64,000 bases of DNA from Isurus oxyrinchus (GCA_026770705.1 JANJGN010000012.1:91574001-91638000), one strand, 5' to 3'; shown: positions 49,503 to 63,884, counted from the first letter of the stretch. Notes: a model not told the origin generated them from the letters alone. A program made the numbers and translations.

Positions 49503-49592
49503 CAAACAGCAAATGCTGGCAATTCAGAGCAGTCAGTAGCCATTTATAACAAGATAAGTTAATATTTCACCTGTATGTACATCATCAGAACC
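49503..49592 (-). mobile_element. Highly decayed PLE pseudo-LTR end
   Basis: aaacagcaaatgctggcaattcagagcag...gttaatatttca...catcagaac. Confidence 0.45.
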
Positions 49593-49608
49593 CAACTTTA
49601 TCGTGGGA

Positions 49609-49712
49609 AGTAGCGTAGTGCTAACGTCAATGGGCTAGTAATTCAGGGGCCCAGACTGATCCTATGGAGACATGGGTTCAAATCCCACTGCAGCAGGTGG
49701 AATATAAAATTC
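49609..49712 (+). mobile_element. tRNA-derived SINE head
   Basis: A box tagcgtagtg, B box ggttcaaatcc; same family as 13478-13900. Confidence 0.65.
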
Positions 49713-49714
49713 TG

Positions 49715-51187
49715 ACCATCATTTCCAAATCCTCACTGGGTATAGGTGAGGTGCTGGAGAATTAGAGATCTGCTAATGTTGTACCTTTGTTAAAAAAGGT
49801 AGCAAGGGATAGACAGGATAATTACAAGCCAATCAGTCTGACCTCAGTCATGGGCAAATTATTGGAATAAATTCTGAGGGATAGGATAAACCGTCACTTA
49901 GAAAGGCATGGGTTACTTAAGGGCAGTCAGCATGGACTTGTTAAGGAAAGGTCTAATTTGATTTAATTTTTTGAGGAGGTAACAAAGAGGATTGATGAGG
50001 GTAGTGTAGCTGATGTAGTCTACATGGATTTTATCAAGGCTTTTGACAAGGTCCCACATGATATTCTGGTTTTTTAAAAAAAAAGTCCCATGGAATCCAG
50101 GGAAATGTAGCAAGCTGGATACAAAATTGGCTCAGTGGCAGGGTAATGGTTGATGGATGTTTTTGTGACTGTAGGGTTGTTTCCAATGGGGTTCTGCAGG
50201 GCTCAGTAGTAGGTCCCCTGCTTTTTGTGGTACATACTAATGATTTGGATGTAAATGAAGGGGGAATGATCAAGAATTTTGCAGATGACACATAAATTGG
50301 CTGTGCGGTTGATAGCGAGGAGAATTCCTATAGACTGCAGGAAGATTTTAATGGACAGGTCAGGTGGGAGGAAAAGTGGCAAATGGGATTCAACCTGGAG
50401 AAGTGTGAGGTGATGCATTTTGGGAGGTCAAGCAAGGCAAATGATTACACAATAAATGGGAGGGTACTGAGAGGTGTAGATGAAGTGCGGGTCCTTGGAG
50501 TGAATGTCCACAGATCCCTGAAGTAGCAGGACAGTTTGATAAGGTGGTTAAGAAGGCATGTGGAATCCTTTCCTTTATTAGCCGAAGAATAGAATATAAG
50601 AACAGGCAGATTATGCTGGAACAATATAAAACATTATTTAGGCCACAACTTGAGTACTGTGTGCAGTTCTGGTTACCTCATTACAGAAAAAATGAAATTG
50701 CATTAGAGAGGGTACAGAGGAGATTTACAAGGATGTTGTCAGGACTGGAAAGTTGCAGCTATGAGGAAAGATTGGATAGGTTGGGGTTCTCCTTGGAACA
50801 GAGGAGGCTGAGGGGGGATTTGATTGAAATGTACAAAATTGTGAGAGGCCTGGATAGAGTGGATAGAAAGGGCCGATTTAAGTTAGCAGAGAGGTCAGTA
50901 ACTAGGGGGCATAGGTTCAACATGATTGGTAGAAAGATTAGAGGGGAGATGAGGGAAAGTTTTTATTTCACTCACTTATGGCAATCTGGAACTCACTACT
51001 TGAAAGGGTAGTGGAGGCAGAAACCCTCAACTCATTGAAAAGGTGTCTAGGTATGCACCTCAAGTGCGGTAACCTGCATCACTACAGACAAAATGCTGGA
51101 AAGTTGGATTAGGCTGGGTGGCTCATTTTTCAGCTGCACAAACACAATGTGCCAAGAAGCCTCTTTCTAAACTTTCTATGATTCTAT
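49715..51187 (+). mobile_element. 5'-truncated CR1 LINE (RT to 3' tail)
   Basis: NYKPISLTS, YMDFIKAFDKVPH, FADDT, ORF 50544-51011 RPQLEYCVQFWLPHY...RRLRGDLIE; tail ttctatgattctatg. Confidence 0.9.
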
Positions 51188-52794
51188 GTTGTTGAACCAA
51201 AGCCAATATACTGCAAAATCAACAAGACAGTTGAGGGATAAAAATGTGAACTTCAGCCTTTCACTTTCAAGCTGACAGAACATTGAGCTTTAGCAAATTT
51301 AGCATTCAAGTCATTGTATGGATATTGATTGATTGTGACCAGTATTTGATTTGCTGCTCATGAGAGGAGTTTTTTGACCACTCAAATTTCAGCTGTGTTT
51401 TGATATTGATGATATTTATGCCAAAAGATGTCAGGACTGTATTGAATTTGTTTCGCTCAACAAATTCAAAGTGACATAAATATGTTGATCTGATTTTTCT
51501 CCCCTCTCTCATTCCTGTAGCAACATCTGAGAGCTTATTTTGACAATTAAAAATAATGCATGATGCTGGCATGTGGCTTCTAGATTTTCACTTTATGTAC
51601 TTAGTGTTGACTATGAAGACTGGTTATTATCTGTTAGGCTAAGTTACAGTTAGAAATCTCAAAGGGGTATCGCCAGCTCACTATAATGAACACCAGGTGT
51701 TTTTTTTAGAATATGCATCAGCTAATAGGCACCCTATTAATGAGAATATTCCTTTTAAAGAGAATATTTGTCCAAGCATAGATTAACTCCTGATATACAC
51801 TAATAGAAAACAGCTGATATATGTGAGTAGCTTAGACAGAGGGATTATAGTTAACTAGTGTTGCAATGCTGAATTAGCAGATGTAAATATGTGAAACAAA
51901 AGCAATGCATCATGAACCAAAGGAAAATGGCTCATTCAAGGAAAGTGCTGGTATCCAAGCTTTACTTTCCAATACTCTCTGATTTATATAACCCAATTTC
52001 CTGCCACTGTTCTTTCACTTTGAAGGAATGAGGGCCCATCAGTTATGTTCAGTGATAAATAAAATGCACCTTGATGTCAGCCCATTACAATGATTTAGAT
52101 CTTCTCACCTGCATCACTTTTGGTAACCATTTGCTCAATTGGCTGGCTGATTCTAGGAGAAAGGGTAAGTGCTGAATTTAATAAACCTTAAAGCAGAAAC
52201 AAGGCAGTGTGAAGCTTTCTGAATGAATATCCACAGGGGACCTGATAATACCTGCTCTTTAAAACTGTTCATTTTACCTGGTCTTTAAAACTGTTCATTT
52301 TTCACATGTATTTATAGTCTTTGTTGCTTTTGGTGGTCCCTTGGAGAACTTAGTTGATATTTCAGCTTCCATCACTTACTGGCTACTTTTAAACTATATG
52401 AATTCACAATATTGAACATCAGGTTAGCTTTTAAATTATATATGAAGTTATATTCTGATGCCATTAAAGAGCTCTACTCAGTGCTCTGTAGTTTTGGATG
52501 GAATAGTGATGCAGGATCATAAGCTAAAGGTAAACCTACAAGAGGATTTGGCAATAACTTTTTCTTTTTGGGGTTTTTTAGGTTTAAAATGCTTCTGTAA
52601 ATTTAATCCCTTGCTGCTTGGTGTGTTCTGTAATTTCCTTGTGAACTTGAATCTGCTGCATTGATCTCTTGATATTTTTAGCCTTCCTCTTTAAAGTGTT
52701 GCTGCTGATACATTTCATGCAGAGCTACTTCATTCTAGCCATTGCTGATTTATTGCCCTGCCAGGTAGCAAGCTGCCTATAAGCAACATGGTTA

Positions 52795-54031
52795 TGTTAT
52801 GATCCCCCACTGAGATTACCCCTGGACAAGCCTGATCCCAGGGTGGAACCCAGCCTGATATATCCTAACTTTTATTTTTGTTTAATTATGTGGAGAGTAG
52901 CTACTGAACAGAGTCACAGGAGTCAGCTGATAAATTTTTATAAAAGAATAATGCATTTGTTCAACAAGAAAAGATTAACTATATTACAATACTCCTTCAC
53001 CCAAAAGTATACATATACATGTATATACATTATTTGTAAGGATAGCACAAGTCACAAAAGCTTTCTTACACTTTACTATATACAGTAAGTACCCAGTCCA
53101 TATAAACCTATGGTGCCCTGTGGTCAGACACACCACACTCTGGCCTCAAGTGACAGGTGTTATCTCAACCAGATGCTATGGATCTCAACTTCCCCCAGAC
53201 GCTTGTCACACCATCACACACCTCTTCGCATGAGGGTTTCCAATCTCCAATCCCCAAGCCTTGCCTTGGAATTTTCACCCAAACTGATGCTTTCTCCTGG
53301 AAACCTTTCACAGGGGTTTGCCTCCAGGATTTCAAATTCTCCTTCTGATGTTCATCTTCCCTGGGTCACCTCATGCATTCAAGCTGCCTTCCATGCACTC
53401 TGTCTCACCAACTCAGCCTTAACAGTACACCACTGCTTCGTATGCCCATAGCAAAGAATTACAGGTCTTCAGTTGTCTCTTTTGAACCTTCTTGCTTGGA
53501 GCCTTTTCCTCTGGCCCTCACTCTTAACTTCATTTAACAGGATCTTTTCTCAGGTTCCTGTCGTTCCTTTGACTACAAGGTCTCCTTCGGACTTTCCCCT
53601 CTTCCACTCTCCTGGATTTTTGAGGCTTTTCTTCACTTGGGCCCTTTTTTGTTCTTTTGGGAAATCTACAGTTCCCTCTCCCAGTGTCCAGTCTCTCCAG
53701 GGTCCTGGCTTCAACTGAAATTAAAACTATTGTTTCTTTAGTTCTGTTTGTATGTCTGTGGGAGGAACCTGCCTATCTGCCCACCCCCCCAAGTTGCTAG
53801 CAACAGCACTGTTTTTCTACTCCTTGTGTGTTTACCTTTACCTTATAGCAGTTGTAAATTCCTTGTTAGAAATGCAAACAACCTTTTTAAAGTGAAACTA
53901 AAACTTCATTTGATCTTTTTTAATACACAGATATAGAAAACCAAATCAAATGTAAACTTTAAAGATAAAGCTCATTCCTAACACCCACAAATACAAATAT
54001 AATATACTTAAACTATCTCTATTTCCTAACG
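52795..54031. mobile_element. Probable solo LTR
   Basis: Starts tgtta and ends taacg (near TG...CA inverted ends); flanks gtta/atta; pyrimidine-skewed composition like the LTRs at 26 and 30 kb. Confidence 0.5.
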
Positions 54032-55714
54032 ATTAGCACTGCTACCTTGTCTGTCCTATTTAGATAAGGCTTCAACCACACAAAAAAAATTCAACTATCC
54101 ATCAAAATTCTGCCCATTACCCATCCGATCTGCACTGGATCCACATCTCCAAGATATATGGTTGGGATAGAACAAAGGGAAGTTTGTTATGTATCCAACT
54201 TTACCATATCTAATTAGAGAATTATTCTAGTCCTCAGCCCCTTATTTCTCAAATTCACAAAGCAGCTCTTCTACATGTGTAAGTCAACATAGGTTCTGGA
54301 ATCCTTGTGTCACTGACAGATCAGGTATTCATAGACACCGTCCATTTCTTTTCAACTCTGAGTGGGAACTTGGAGGTACATACTTCACCTGATAATGAAG
54401 ATGTGGGTGGTGAAAATTTAATAAAGAAAGTATTGAGATCCTAATTTTTTGACAAGTATGAATTTTGTTAATTTGCTAGTAAACTAAATCGGTTATAGGA
54501 TCTAGATCTAAGGATCTGATCTTTCTTAAGGGGGACTGAAGTGGAAAGATTGAGGGACCAGCTGATGCAACAGTTCACAGCATGGTGCATCTCAGATTGA
54601 AGTTCAAATATAGCTTCCACAATGATCTTTTCAATCTACCCTTGTAAGGTCATTGGTGAGATAAATTTAGACTGCCATAAAGTCCATAATTTGGCAGAAT
54701 TATTCAGACAGGCTAGGATATAGAAAGAGGTTAATTATACTGATGGAGCAGAGGAGGATGCAGGTTTTTAATTTTGGTACCAACTTGCAAATTGGGCTCC
54801 CATTATGGAACTGAAAACTGGGCGATCTTTGTAATGGACAATCAACCAGCAACACCAATTTTGCAACCAGGTGACAAGCTGCCAACCTGAGGCTGATGAA
54901 CCATAAAAAAAAATACTGAGTGCTGGAAATTTCAGCATTTCAGAAGCATAAAATGATAGAAATCATAGCAGATTGACCAACTTACCAGTGAAAAAAATTC
55001 TAACCAAATAAAAGGTCTCCCTTGAAATGAGAACCTATCTTTGTCAGATGTCTAATCTGCTTTGACAGGCATATCCAAAATATTTTGTATTCGTTTGAGA
55101 CTTGTTTAAAATTGGAGGTTAAATCGTGTTCTTGCTGTAAATTAATGAGAGCATTATGTAACATGATTTAGAGTGCCTTGTGTGGGGAATAAGCCATAAT
55201 AACACAGGCGGGCTGTGAATTTTATCCATATTTTGTCAATGATTGGAGTTCATTAAAACATTGTCATGTTTTTAAAATGGAAAACAAAATAAAACATGAG
55301 CACTGTATAACAGAGCCTATAGGTAGAACTTACATGATAAGACTTGTAAGACAAACAAGAAGTGATCATCCCCAGATTTCTTTAAAGTGTTCTTAGCTGA
55401 TCACAAGGTGGTGTAGAACCATCAGCTAGACATAACTCCCTACCTGATTCTTCTTCTGTCCAGTGCCTGGAGATGCTTGACTTCCATCTCTGCCATGTGC
55501 AGCAAAGAACAGAAATCAACATCTCAATTGCCTGAGAGCACATTGCAATACCAAGTTGTACTGCCATGAAAGAGGCCATTCAGCCTCTCTCATCTGCAAT
55601 GGCCATCCAAATAGACCCGATGCCCTGCTCTTTCCCCATAACCCTGCATATTTTTCTTTTACTTAATGCTGTTTGGTTCTTCTGTTTCCAAATTTTGACA
55701 TTGCATTGAATCTC

Positions 55715-56122
55715 ATGCCCAATTTTCAAAACAGTGGGTTGGATAACATGGGCTGGATTAAGAGCTAAGTGTAGGCTCCCCATACCCCAGGGGAGGGTGA
55801 ACACAGAGGGAAGCAGTGGCAGGAGGGGGCCTCCGATTGATTACTGGGAACCTGGAAACCCCCCTTTCACTGGCCAGCAGTTCACAGGGACAAACCTGCC
55901 CAACTGCACATTGGACTCAGGCCTCTCCCACTACCCAGTAAAAAATCTGAGCAGCAGCAGGATGAGGCCCTTAAGTGGTGGGTGGGTGATCCACCCATAC
56001 ATCCCCCACCATGGCTGGGGTGGGTGGTTTGGCAGCAGGCACGCTGCTGATGGCACACTATCCTATTTCATGGGTTCACCAGCCTGCTTTCCCACCCATG
56101 AGTGGCCCGTAAAATCCAGCCC
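55715..56122. mobile_element. Harbinger-like MITE, decayed
   Basis: GC-rich island ending in gtaaaatccagccc, same TIR type as 35599 and 45289. Confidence 0.5.
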
Positions 56123-58512
56123 CATCTTCATGTTATTTTAGTGAATAGTATTTGAAACAATAGTTTTGTAATACAGACCCTGGCATTCAGTGTCCAAAGA
56201 TCAGTGTTTGAATTCTATGCAAAATTATTTTAATTATGTAGCAATTTTGTTTTTTTTCTAAAATCAGAATTTGGATGGTAAGTCAGGATAGTTTTTTTTT
56301 CTCATCAGATCAACTGATAATTTCCATATGCCATACTTAAAATGGCAGCATGCTCACAATTGACATAATTTTTGCCATGATCACCAGCTTATAAAGACAA
56401 TATGTAATCTCATGCTATTGATTTTTTATGACATGCTTTTATTCATCTAAATGTCAACAAAGAAATCCTAATGCTTAGAAGTGAAAGACATTAAAGAAAG
56501 TGTATTGCTACACACTAGACAGGACCACATGGTACCACTGATTGTTATCACCTATGTTTGACTTTGAACAGCATATCCTCTGCTGCTAAGGTATGGAGAG
56601 GCAGATATTTCAATTTTTCATGGGTTCTTAAGTTTCCATGTTGGGAGACAATTCCAACAGCTCGGTAGGTCACAGAGTTGCAGAAACCTCAGTGATAAGG
56701 AAACACATATATATCAATGTACTCTTGTGTATAGCAAATTAATTTCTCTAAAAATCAGCTGCAATAATATCTGTCAATTTTACACTTAGAAAGGCCCTCC
56801 GTAATGTTTAGGCTGACAAAAGAAGTCTAGTTATAATAAAAATGGCAACAATTCTCAGCTGCAAAGAATAAATTTGGGCCTCTTTTCATTATTTTAGCAC
56901 TGTTACTTTCCATCCTCTGAGGCAAAATTTCAAAAAGAGATATGGATGCTAAAAAGCATAAAAAACAAAAACACATTTAATTAGGCATTTCCAACAGTTT
57001 GTATAAATCATATAAGATATTGTAAATTACATGTCATGTTTTCAGTTTCACCTCCTGTTGATTATTTTGATCTTGCATCTGGATTTAATTATCACGTTGA
57101 GATAACATACAATGTTTATTAAAAATCTGCCTGTAAAGCACAGACTGGAAGCAGGATCAGCCGCTTTTATAATGGAATACATGATTGGGCAGATTCACCT
57201 GTCTTGTGAAAAACAGAAAAAAAAATCAGATAAACTGGCCTTCTGACTTTTGAGTTGACACGTGTTAAGCACTGAACTTCTCTGGTGTTTGAAATGTTCT
57301 GAGTCCATGCATTGCTGGCATAATTAACCACCCCTTGCACATAAAGCATCTCAAGTATTAACTTAGTCTAATGAGAGATGTGGAATAAAGCCAATGGCTT
57401 GGTGAAGAGTGAATTAAAATGACAATGAGAAAATTGCAGTAGTAATCTATTTTTTCATTATACATTTTAGAGCTGAGATGAGGTCTGTGTATTTGAAAGC
57501 ATTCAGTATTTATCCAGAGTATATTCAGTATAATAACAGGGATTTTAAAGAGTTTTAGAAGAAACAACCCTACTAAAATTGTAATATAGCTTTTCTCAGC
57601 ATATTTTTTGCCTTCCTCTACTTTTTTATTTTCTTCCTTATCTCCTGAATATAATAACTCTTTCCCAGTTACATCTCTGGGGTCATTAGTTGCACTCACC
57701 CAAGTGGTTATTCTCCATGTGTGAACCAGGGCAGCAAGGTCTGGAATCCTAATGTTGGCTAACTGCTGCTGGATGTACTGTGTTGTGGGTCACAAATTTA
57801 CTCTTATGCATAGGCACTGACCCTGATGGAAATCCTGGAGTCAGCTGATCTTCATGATTCGCAATACATCTTTTTGTTGTAACCCCTGTCTGGATGCCAG
57901 TGAAGGTCTATAAGTAGCCACTTAATGGCCTCAGCCCACAACGGTGGGCAGGGGACTCAGTATCCAGGGAGGCTGCTCAGCAAAACCTGTTGGGTTTTCC
58001 AGCAGCCTACCAAGGGGACCCCTCATTCACAGGCATGTTGTCCCTATGACTCCCATCCCAACTGCACTCGCCTCCATCCAGGGATCCATGGCTGATTTAG
58101 GCCTGAGTGTAGTACTGGTAACAGTCACCTACTGGAGAGCTGTTGGCCTCTGATTGGCTGGCAGGTCCCAGGGATAGGATTTTCCCACCACTGGGGCTTT
58201 AATCGAGTGGGAGGTCTGACACTGTCCAGCTATGCATCGTTACCTGGTTGTTGCATTGCACCACCTGGAAAGAAGCAATGCAGGGCTCTCACCGGTTCTC
58301 CAACCAGTGGACGAGGCCCCAATGCACTCTCTAAATTCCACCTATCATTACCCCTCGCTCCCGTCACGACCCATAGCCATGTAACTTGGGAGAGGCAAAA
58401 TCTGGGGACAAAATGCTTTGAAAACTTACTCTCCAATCCCCTCAGGTAATCAAACCTTCGCCTTCGTCGCATCTGTTCCGATGATGCTACCTTCAAAAAC
58501 GGTTCCTCTGAC

Positions 58513-59259
58513 ATGTCCTCCTTCTTCCTTAACCGAGGTTTTCCACCCACGGTCGTTGACAGGGCCCTCAACCGTGTCCGGCCCATCTCCCGCGCATCCG
58601 CCCTCACGCCTTCTCCTCCCTCCCAGAAACATGATAGGGTCCCCCTTGTCCTCACTTATCACCCCACCAGCCTCCGCATTCAAAGGATCATCCTCCGCCA
58701 TTTCCGCCAACTCCAGCATGATGCCACCACCAAACACATCTTCCCTTCACCCCCCTTATCGGCATTCCGTAGGGATCGCTCCCTCCGGGACACCCTGGTC
58801 CACTCCTCCATCACCCCCTACTCCTCAACCCCCTCCTATGGCACCACCCCATGCCCACGCAAAAGATGTAACACCTGCCCCTTCACTTCCTCTCTCCTCA
58901 CCGTCCAAGGGCCCAAACATTCCTTTCAAGTGAAGCAGCATTTCACTTGCATTTCCCCCAACTTAGTCTACTGCATTCGTTGCTCCCAATGTGGTCTCCT
59001 CTACATTGGAGAGACCAAACGTAAACTGGGCGACCGCTTTGCAGAACACCTGCGGTCTGTCCGCAAGAATGACCCAAACCTCCCTGTGGCTTGCCATTTT
59101 AACACTCCACCCTGCTCTCTTGCCCACATGTCTGTCCTTGGCTTACTGCATTGTTCCAGTGAAGCCCAACGCAAACTGGAGGAACAACACCTCATCTTCC
59201 GACTAGGCACCTTACAGCCTTCCGGTCTGAATATTGAATTCAATAACTTTAGGTCGTGA
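58513..59259 (+). CDS. PLE C-terminal part: RT thumb, Cys linker, GIY-YIG endonuclease (truncated ORF)
   Basis: 248-aa ORF with CPRKRCNTC and VYCIRCSQCGLLYIGETKR...RFAEH. Confidence 0.85.
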   Translation: MSSFFLNRGFPPTVVDRALNRVRPISRASALTPSPPSQKHDRVPLVLTYHPTSLRIQRIILRHFRQLQHDATTKHIFPSPPLSAFRRDRSLRDTLVHSSITPYSSTPSYGTTPCPRKRCNTCPFTSSLLTVQGPKHSFQVKQHFTCISPNLVYCIRCSQCGLLYIGETKRKLGDRFAEHLRSVRKNDPNLPVACHFNTPPCSLAHMSVLGLLHCSSEAQRKLEEQHLIFRLGTLQPSGLNIEFNNFRS

Positions 59260-59664
59260 GCTCCCTCCCCCATCCCCACCCCCTTTCTGTTTCCCCCTTT
59301 TTTCCCCCTTTTTTTTTTCCCTATAAATTATATAGATTTTTCTTTTCCCACTTATTTCCATTATTTTTAAATATTTTAAAATCTTTTATGCTCCCCCCAC
59401 CCCCACTAGAGCTGTACCTTGAGTGCCCTACCATCCATTCTTAATTAGCACATTCGTTTAGATAATATCACCAACTTTAACTTTAACACCTATGTGTTCT
59501 TTTGCACCATTGTTACTGACATCTTTTGATGATCTGCTTCTATCACTGCTTGTTTGTCTACACAAGCACCTCTGTCTCTCTCTCTCTCTCCTTCCCCCCC
59601 CCCCCCCACCCCCCACACACCTTAAACCAGCTTATATTTCAACTCTTTCCTGGACTCGAAATCA

Positions 59665-59703
59665 AGTTCTGTCGAAGGGTCATGAGGACTCGAAACGTCA
59701 ACT
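59665..59703 (+). ncRNA. Hammerhead-like motif (variant core CUGUCGA)
   Basis: Identical to 19250-19288. Confidence 0.55.
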
Positions 59704-60657
59704 CTTTTCTTCTCCGCCGATGCTGCCAGACCTACTGAGTTTTTCCAGGTAATTCTGTTTTTGTTTTAGATTTCCAGCATCCGCAGTTTTCTTTGTTTTC
59801 AACTGTTCAGGAGATGATTGGGTCAAGTGTTATCTGTAAAGACATTTACCTTCTAAAGAATGGGATCTCGGTCCTGCCAGGAACTGGCCTACCTTCCTCT
59901 TGAAGGCATTTGGAGAATCAGCACCCCACCCCCCGACCCCCACACCAGCTAAAATGTAGGAGTAAAAGAAAATCAGTTAATTTTCTTGAAAGTGAGTTGC
60001 AGCATCTCCTATGCATAATGAGGCAGGGAATGGATTCATCTTCTAGGGTTTGAGCCAAGAAGCCTGCAAACTGCACTATGGAAGTTATTCAAAAAGAGTA
60101 ACATTGGCATTTAACCAGCAGGACATCCTCTTGTGTTGCAAAAGCCCAATAATTTGACAACAGCAGCTAAGTTTGGTGCTACAGCAGTTTCACAACTGAT
60201 TAGTATAACATAACCACAGAGCCAAGGGTAACACAAGCATTCTAGCATTCCCCTGTGAGGTACCACAGTGAGCAAGGAATTAATAACTGCAGTCACCCTA
60301 TTGGCTAGATTCCTCCAAATTACCTGTGTTCTCATATATCTATCCATATCTGTCTTCTTATACATCTCATTTCATGTTATATTCTCACACATCTGTCAAA
60401 ATTCCGTTTCAATAGCATAACAATTATTAAAATTGAACGGCAGACCATCAAAATGTTAAACACGATTTATTTTTGTTACAGGAGAAAATAGCTCCCAATG
60501 CACAGTAACATCAGGTAATCCCTGGAGGACCAGCAGATCATTGTGTTCATGGTACTGGCCATGACTAAAGCAGTAGGGCAGAGAAGTGTGAGGTCAGCTA
60601 ACTGGGCTTTTTCAGTGCAGATGAATGTGTTGCAATTGGAACCAACTCCATTGCATC

Positions 60658-60850
60658 ATAAATAAAAACAGAAAATGCTGAAAAAAGTCTCAGGTCTGGC
60701 AGCATCTGTGGAGAGAGAAACAAAGTTCACATTTTGAGTCCAATATTACTACTTCAGAACTGAAGAGAGGTAGAAATGTGATGGGCTTTAGGCTGTTCGA
60801 AAAGGGAAGAGAGTCAGGTAGAACAAAAGGGATGCTCAGGATAGGTTAAG
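60658..60850 (-). mobile_element. Old PLE pseudo-LTR end
   Basis: aaaaacagaaaatgctg...ggtctggcagcatctgtggagag...gagtcc...cttcagaactg. Confidence 0.7.
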
Positions 60851-62057
60851 ATAAGTTCTTATAGAGCTTTGAGTGCATCTACAGCATTTTGATTACCCCT
60901 GCTGTGACATTATCTCAGATAATGTCCTTTATAATGTATAGAAGACTAACTAAGCCTGCAGGTTCTGCAGGTACAGAACTGGACACTAACAAGATAATTC
61001 AACAAAGACTGAATGCAAAAAAAAACATTGTTTCTTCAGCAATAAAAAAAATGTCCCTACTCCTCTAACTGTCAGTGTGCATCAACCACGAGACGTACCG
61101 ATACTTTTAGATCTCTGACTAAGCCAGTCTCAACAAATAACAATGTTGCATACATGAATAAAATGAAACCAATGTAATATGAAATATTTACACGTGAAAT
61201 GTAATACTGAAAAACACTCGTGCCATCTTTGTGCTCTCAATAAGTCTTATGTTAATAGCAATGGAGTTGGGCAAGAAAGTTTTGGCCATGATGCAGAGCC
61301 TCCCTATTTGACTAGAACACTCTTTTGTATCTCATCTGTTGCTTTCAGCTGACAATGCCGTAGCTGGTTTTCACCACTGAAAAGCTTCTCCCGCTGCGTG
61401 ATCGCATGTGTCTCCCATGCATGTCATCACCACTTTAGATTTTAATTAGAATTGCTGTCAGAAACAGCACCCCATAATTAAAATTCCACCCAGAGCCCAA
61501 AGAGAGTCTGGTTTTCTCTGATATTGCCTCATTTTTCTGTTTTCCATGACAGCCCCTTGCTCACCTGTATCGTTTTCTCCATCAGATTGTACATTTTCAA
61601 AGGAATGCCAATTAAGTTGTTTCAGCTTTAAGAAACGACTTAGATCCTGGCAGAAATGTTGGTTAAATACAGACATTCATTATGCGGCCAAAATTGAACA
61701 TAAAAAATTGATCAGACGTGATGTTATCCCATTCTAAACCAGTTATTGGTTATCTGTCATTGATTAATTGATAGAGATTTATTGCTACGATTAGTTAATA
61801 ACTCAATTATCACTGCATCATGCAGCTACCAGAATAGTAGAAGATAAATTAGATGGCCTTCAATCTTTCTTGCATCTATCAATTCCCATGTTCCTATGAA
61901 TGCATGGTGGACAGAATCCCTGCAGACTTGGGATCCACTTCACCCTGCCCCCAGGCAATTGGTTTGCCCTATCTCTGCCTTTCTTCAATTGGAATTTTAG
62001 AGCGTGAATGCCTTTCGCTATTTGGCCAAAGGATACCATTGTTGAACATGTGCATGT

Positions 62058-62272
62058 GGGTTAGGTTTTTATGGGGTCTGAGGGAGTGTACTGGGAGGCG
62101 GGATGCATGGGGTGGCATGACCATTGCCTTCCCTCCACTGCTGGCATTTTAGTAGTGGCACGGAAGGTGGTGAAAAGCCCTCTGGCCTTGAGGAAAATTG
62201 AAACCCTTAGGTGGTCAATTAAGAGCCACTTTCTGCCTTACGGCACCGCCATCAGCTTGTAAAATCCAGGCT
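62058..62272. mobile_element. Harbinger-like MITE, decayed
   Basis: Ends gggttaggtttttat / gtaaaatccaggct. Confidence 0.45.
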
Positions 62273-62374
62273 ATGCACTCAGTAGCTGAACAGCCCTCAA
62301 ATTGAAATCCCAGCTGATTTTCCCCACCAGGAGGGCACAGAAACTCAGATAATCTGAGTGGCCTATATTATTGG

Positions 62375-62955
62375 CTATCCCTTGCTAGTGGGGATGATTG
62401 TCTTCCATAGTCTGAAGATGGCTGATGAGGTTGATCCTGCATCTGCAGACTTTATGGCATATCGGGCATTTGTTGCCAGGTTGGATGCCTGGTTGTGTAT
62501 TATTAGTTCGGGTCATGTGTATTCTTTTCGCCACTCTTGCTTTTCCTCTTCATTTTGTCATTGTTGTGTCTCAAAATGCTGGGATCCTTCCCACAGACTC
62601 TGCTGCCATCTGGTTCCATCCAGGATGGTGGTCTCTCAGGAGTTAATGTCAGTGTTGCATTTCTTCATGTTGGCTTTCAGCACATCCTTGAAGGACCTCT
62701 TCTGTCCCCCTCTGGTCATCTGCCTTGACTGAGTTGGGAGAAGACCACTTGCTTTGGGGCCTGACATTAGTCCATCTGTCCTTCTACTCAATATGTAAGA
62801 TCTCCTGCAGGTGGCATTGGTGGCATGACTCCAGTGCTTTGAGGTGCCTCCTGTAAGCTGTCCATGTTTCAGCTCCGAACAGGGAGGAAGAGATCATGGC
62901 CGCATGGTAAACCATGAGGTTGGTTTCAGCTTAAATGTCGTGATCTTCAAACACT
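62375..62955 (-). mobile_element. RTE-clade LINE 3' fragment
   Basis: Minus strand reads LMVYHAAMISSLFGAETWTAYRRHLKALE...RGGQKRSFKDVLKANMK. Confidence 0.7.
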
Positions 62956-63454
62956 CAAATACTTCTGTGGTGAGGAAGAAGGAGTGGACTTTGAAGTCCT
63001 GAGTGCCTTATCACTAACTGGATCAGCAAAGACAGGGGTTAAACTTCAGATCTTCCAATTCTTCATGACTCAGTTACTCAAGTGTTAATCAGTTCCATCA
63101 TTGGGTAGCTAATTTTTATCCTACTTTAAAATAAATATCTATTCTCCTTCTTAGGAACTACCTAAATTACTCACTGATCCCCAACCAAGAAATTAAACAA
63201 ATGGGCTGCTCCCAGTTTATAAACAGGAATGCATACATCCATGCTCATCCTCTGATGATTCATCCATCAATGTGGCCAATAGTTCAACTGCATTTGAGAC
63301 CTGCATTGACATAGAGGGTATCCGGACTGACCACATAAAAGGCTGCTAGCACGAACCGAAATGTCACCATTCTATGACACAATGTAGTGTTGCATATGGT
63401 GACATCTTTTACAGCACTTCTTGGACCAATTAGCTTAGTTTAGCTATTTGCCAA

Positions 63455-63585
63455 GAAGAAAGAAATACAGGCTTGCATTTTTATAGCATCTTTCATGACT
63501 CTGGATATCTCAAAACACTTCACAGCCGAGTACTTTTGAAGTGTCATCACTGCTGTACTGTAGGAGACTAAACTTTGCAGCAGAA
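63455..63585 (-). mobile_element. SacSINE1-like 3' fragment
   Basis: cttgcatttttatagcatctttcatgac...gtacttttgaagtgtcatcactg is the reverse complement of the SINE tail. Confidence 0.65.
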
Positions 63586-63884
63586 GCTGAATTAAACTAG
63601 AATCTAGAAATTGCAAGCGCTTAGCATTCATTAATCATATGTACGTATAAAACCTGGTCTTTTATTTTTCAGGTTTGGGATTTCATCAGTTTATTCCACT
63701 GCTGCTGCATTCATTTTTGTCTGAACATAAGGCATATGGCTATGAAAGAAAACAAATCTTGTGCTAAGCTTGCAAGAGAACTTCATTGATGGGTAACAAA
63801 ATGCATGGCTTTTAAAGTAATGATGAATAATTTAGACCAAATCCTGGCTGAAATTGCTGCATGTGCGCAGTAGTCACAAATTAA

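Larger units (their letters stand above)
58455..59799 (+). mobile_element. 5'-truncated young PLE with pLTR and tail
   Basis: Near-identical to 18049-19389; no clear TSD seen. Confidence 0.92.

Noticed and set aside
58440-59812. TSD around the fourth PLE copy
   Set aside because: Only a 3-4 bp caa/tcaa match between the flanks, which is not significant.
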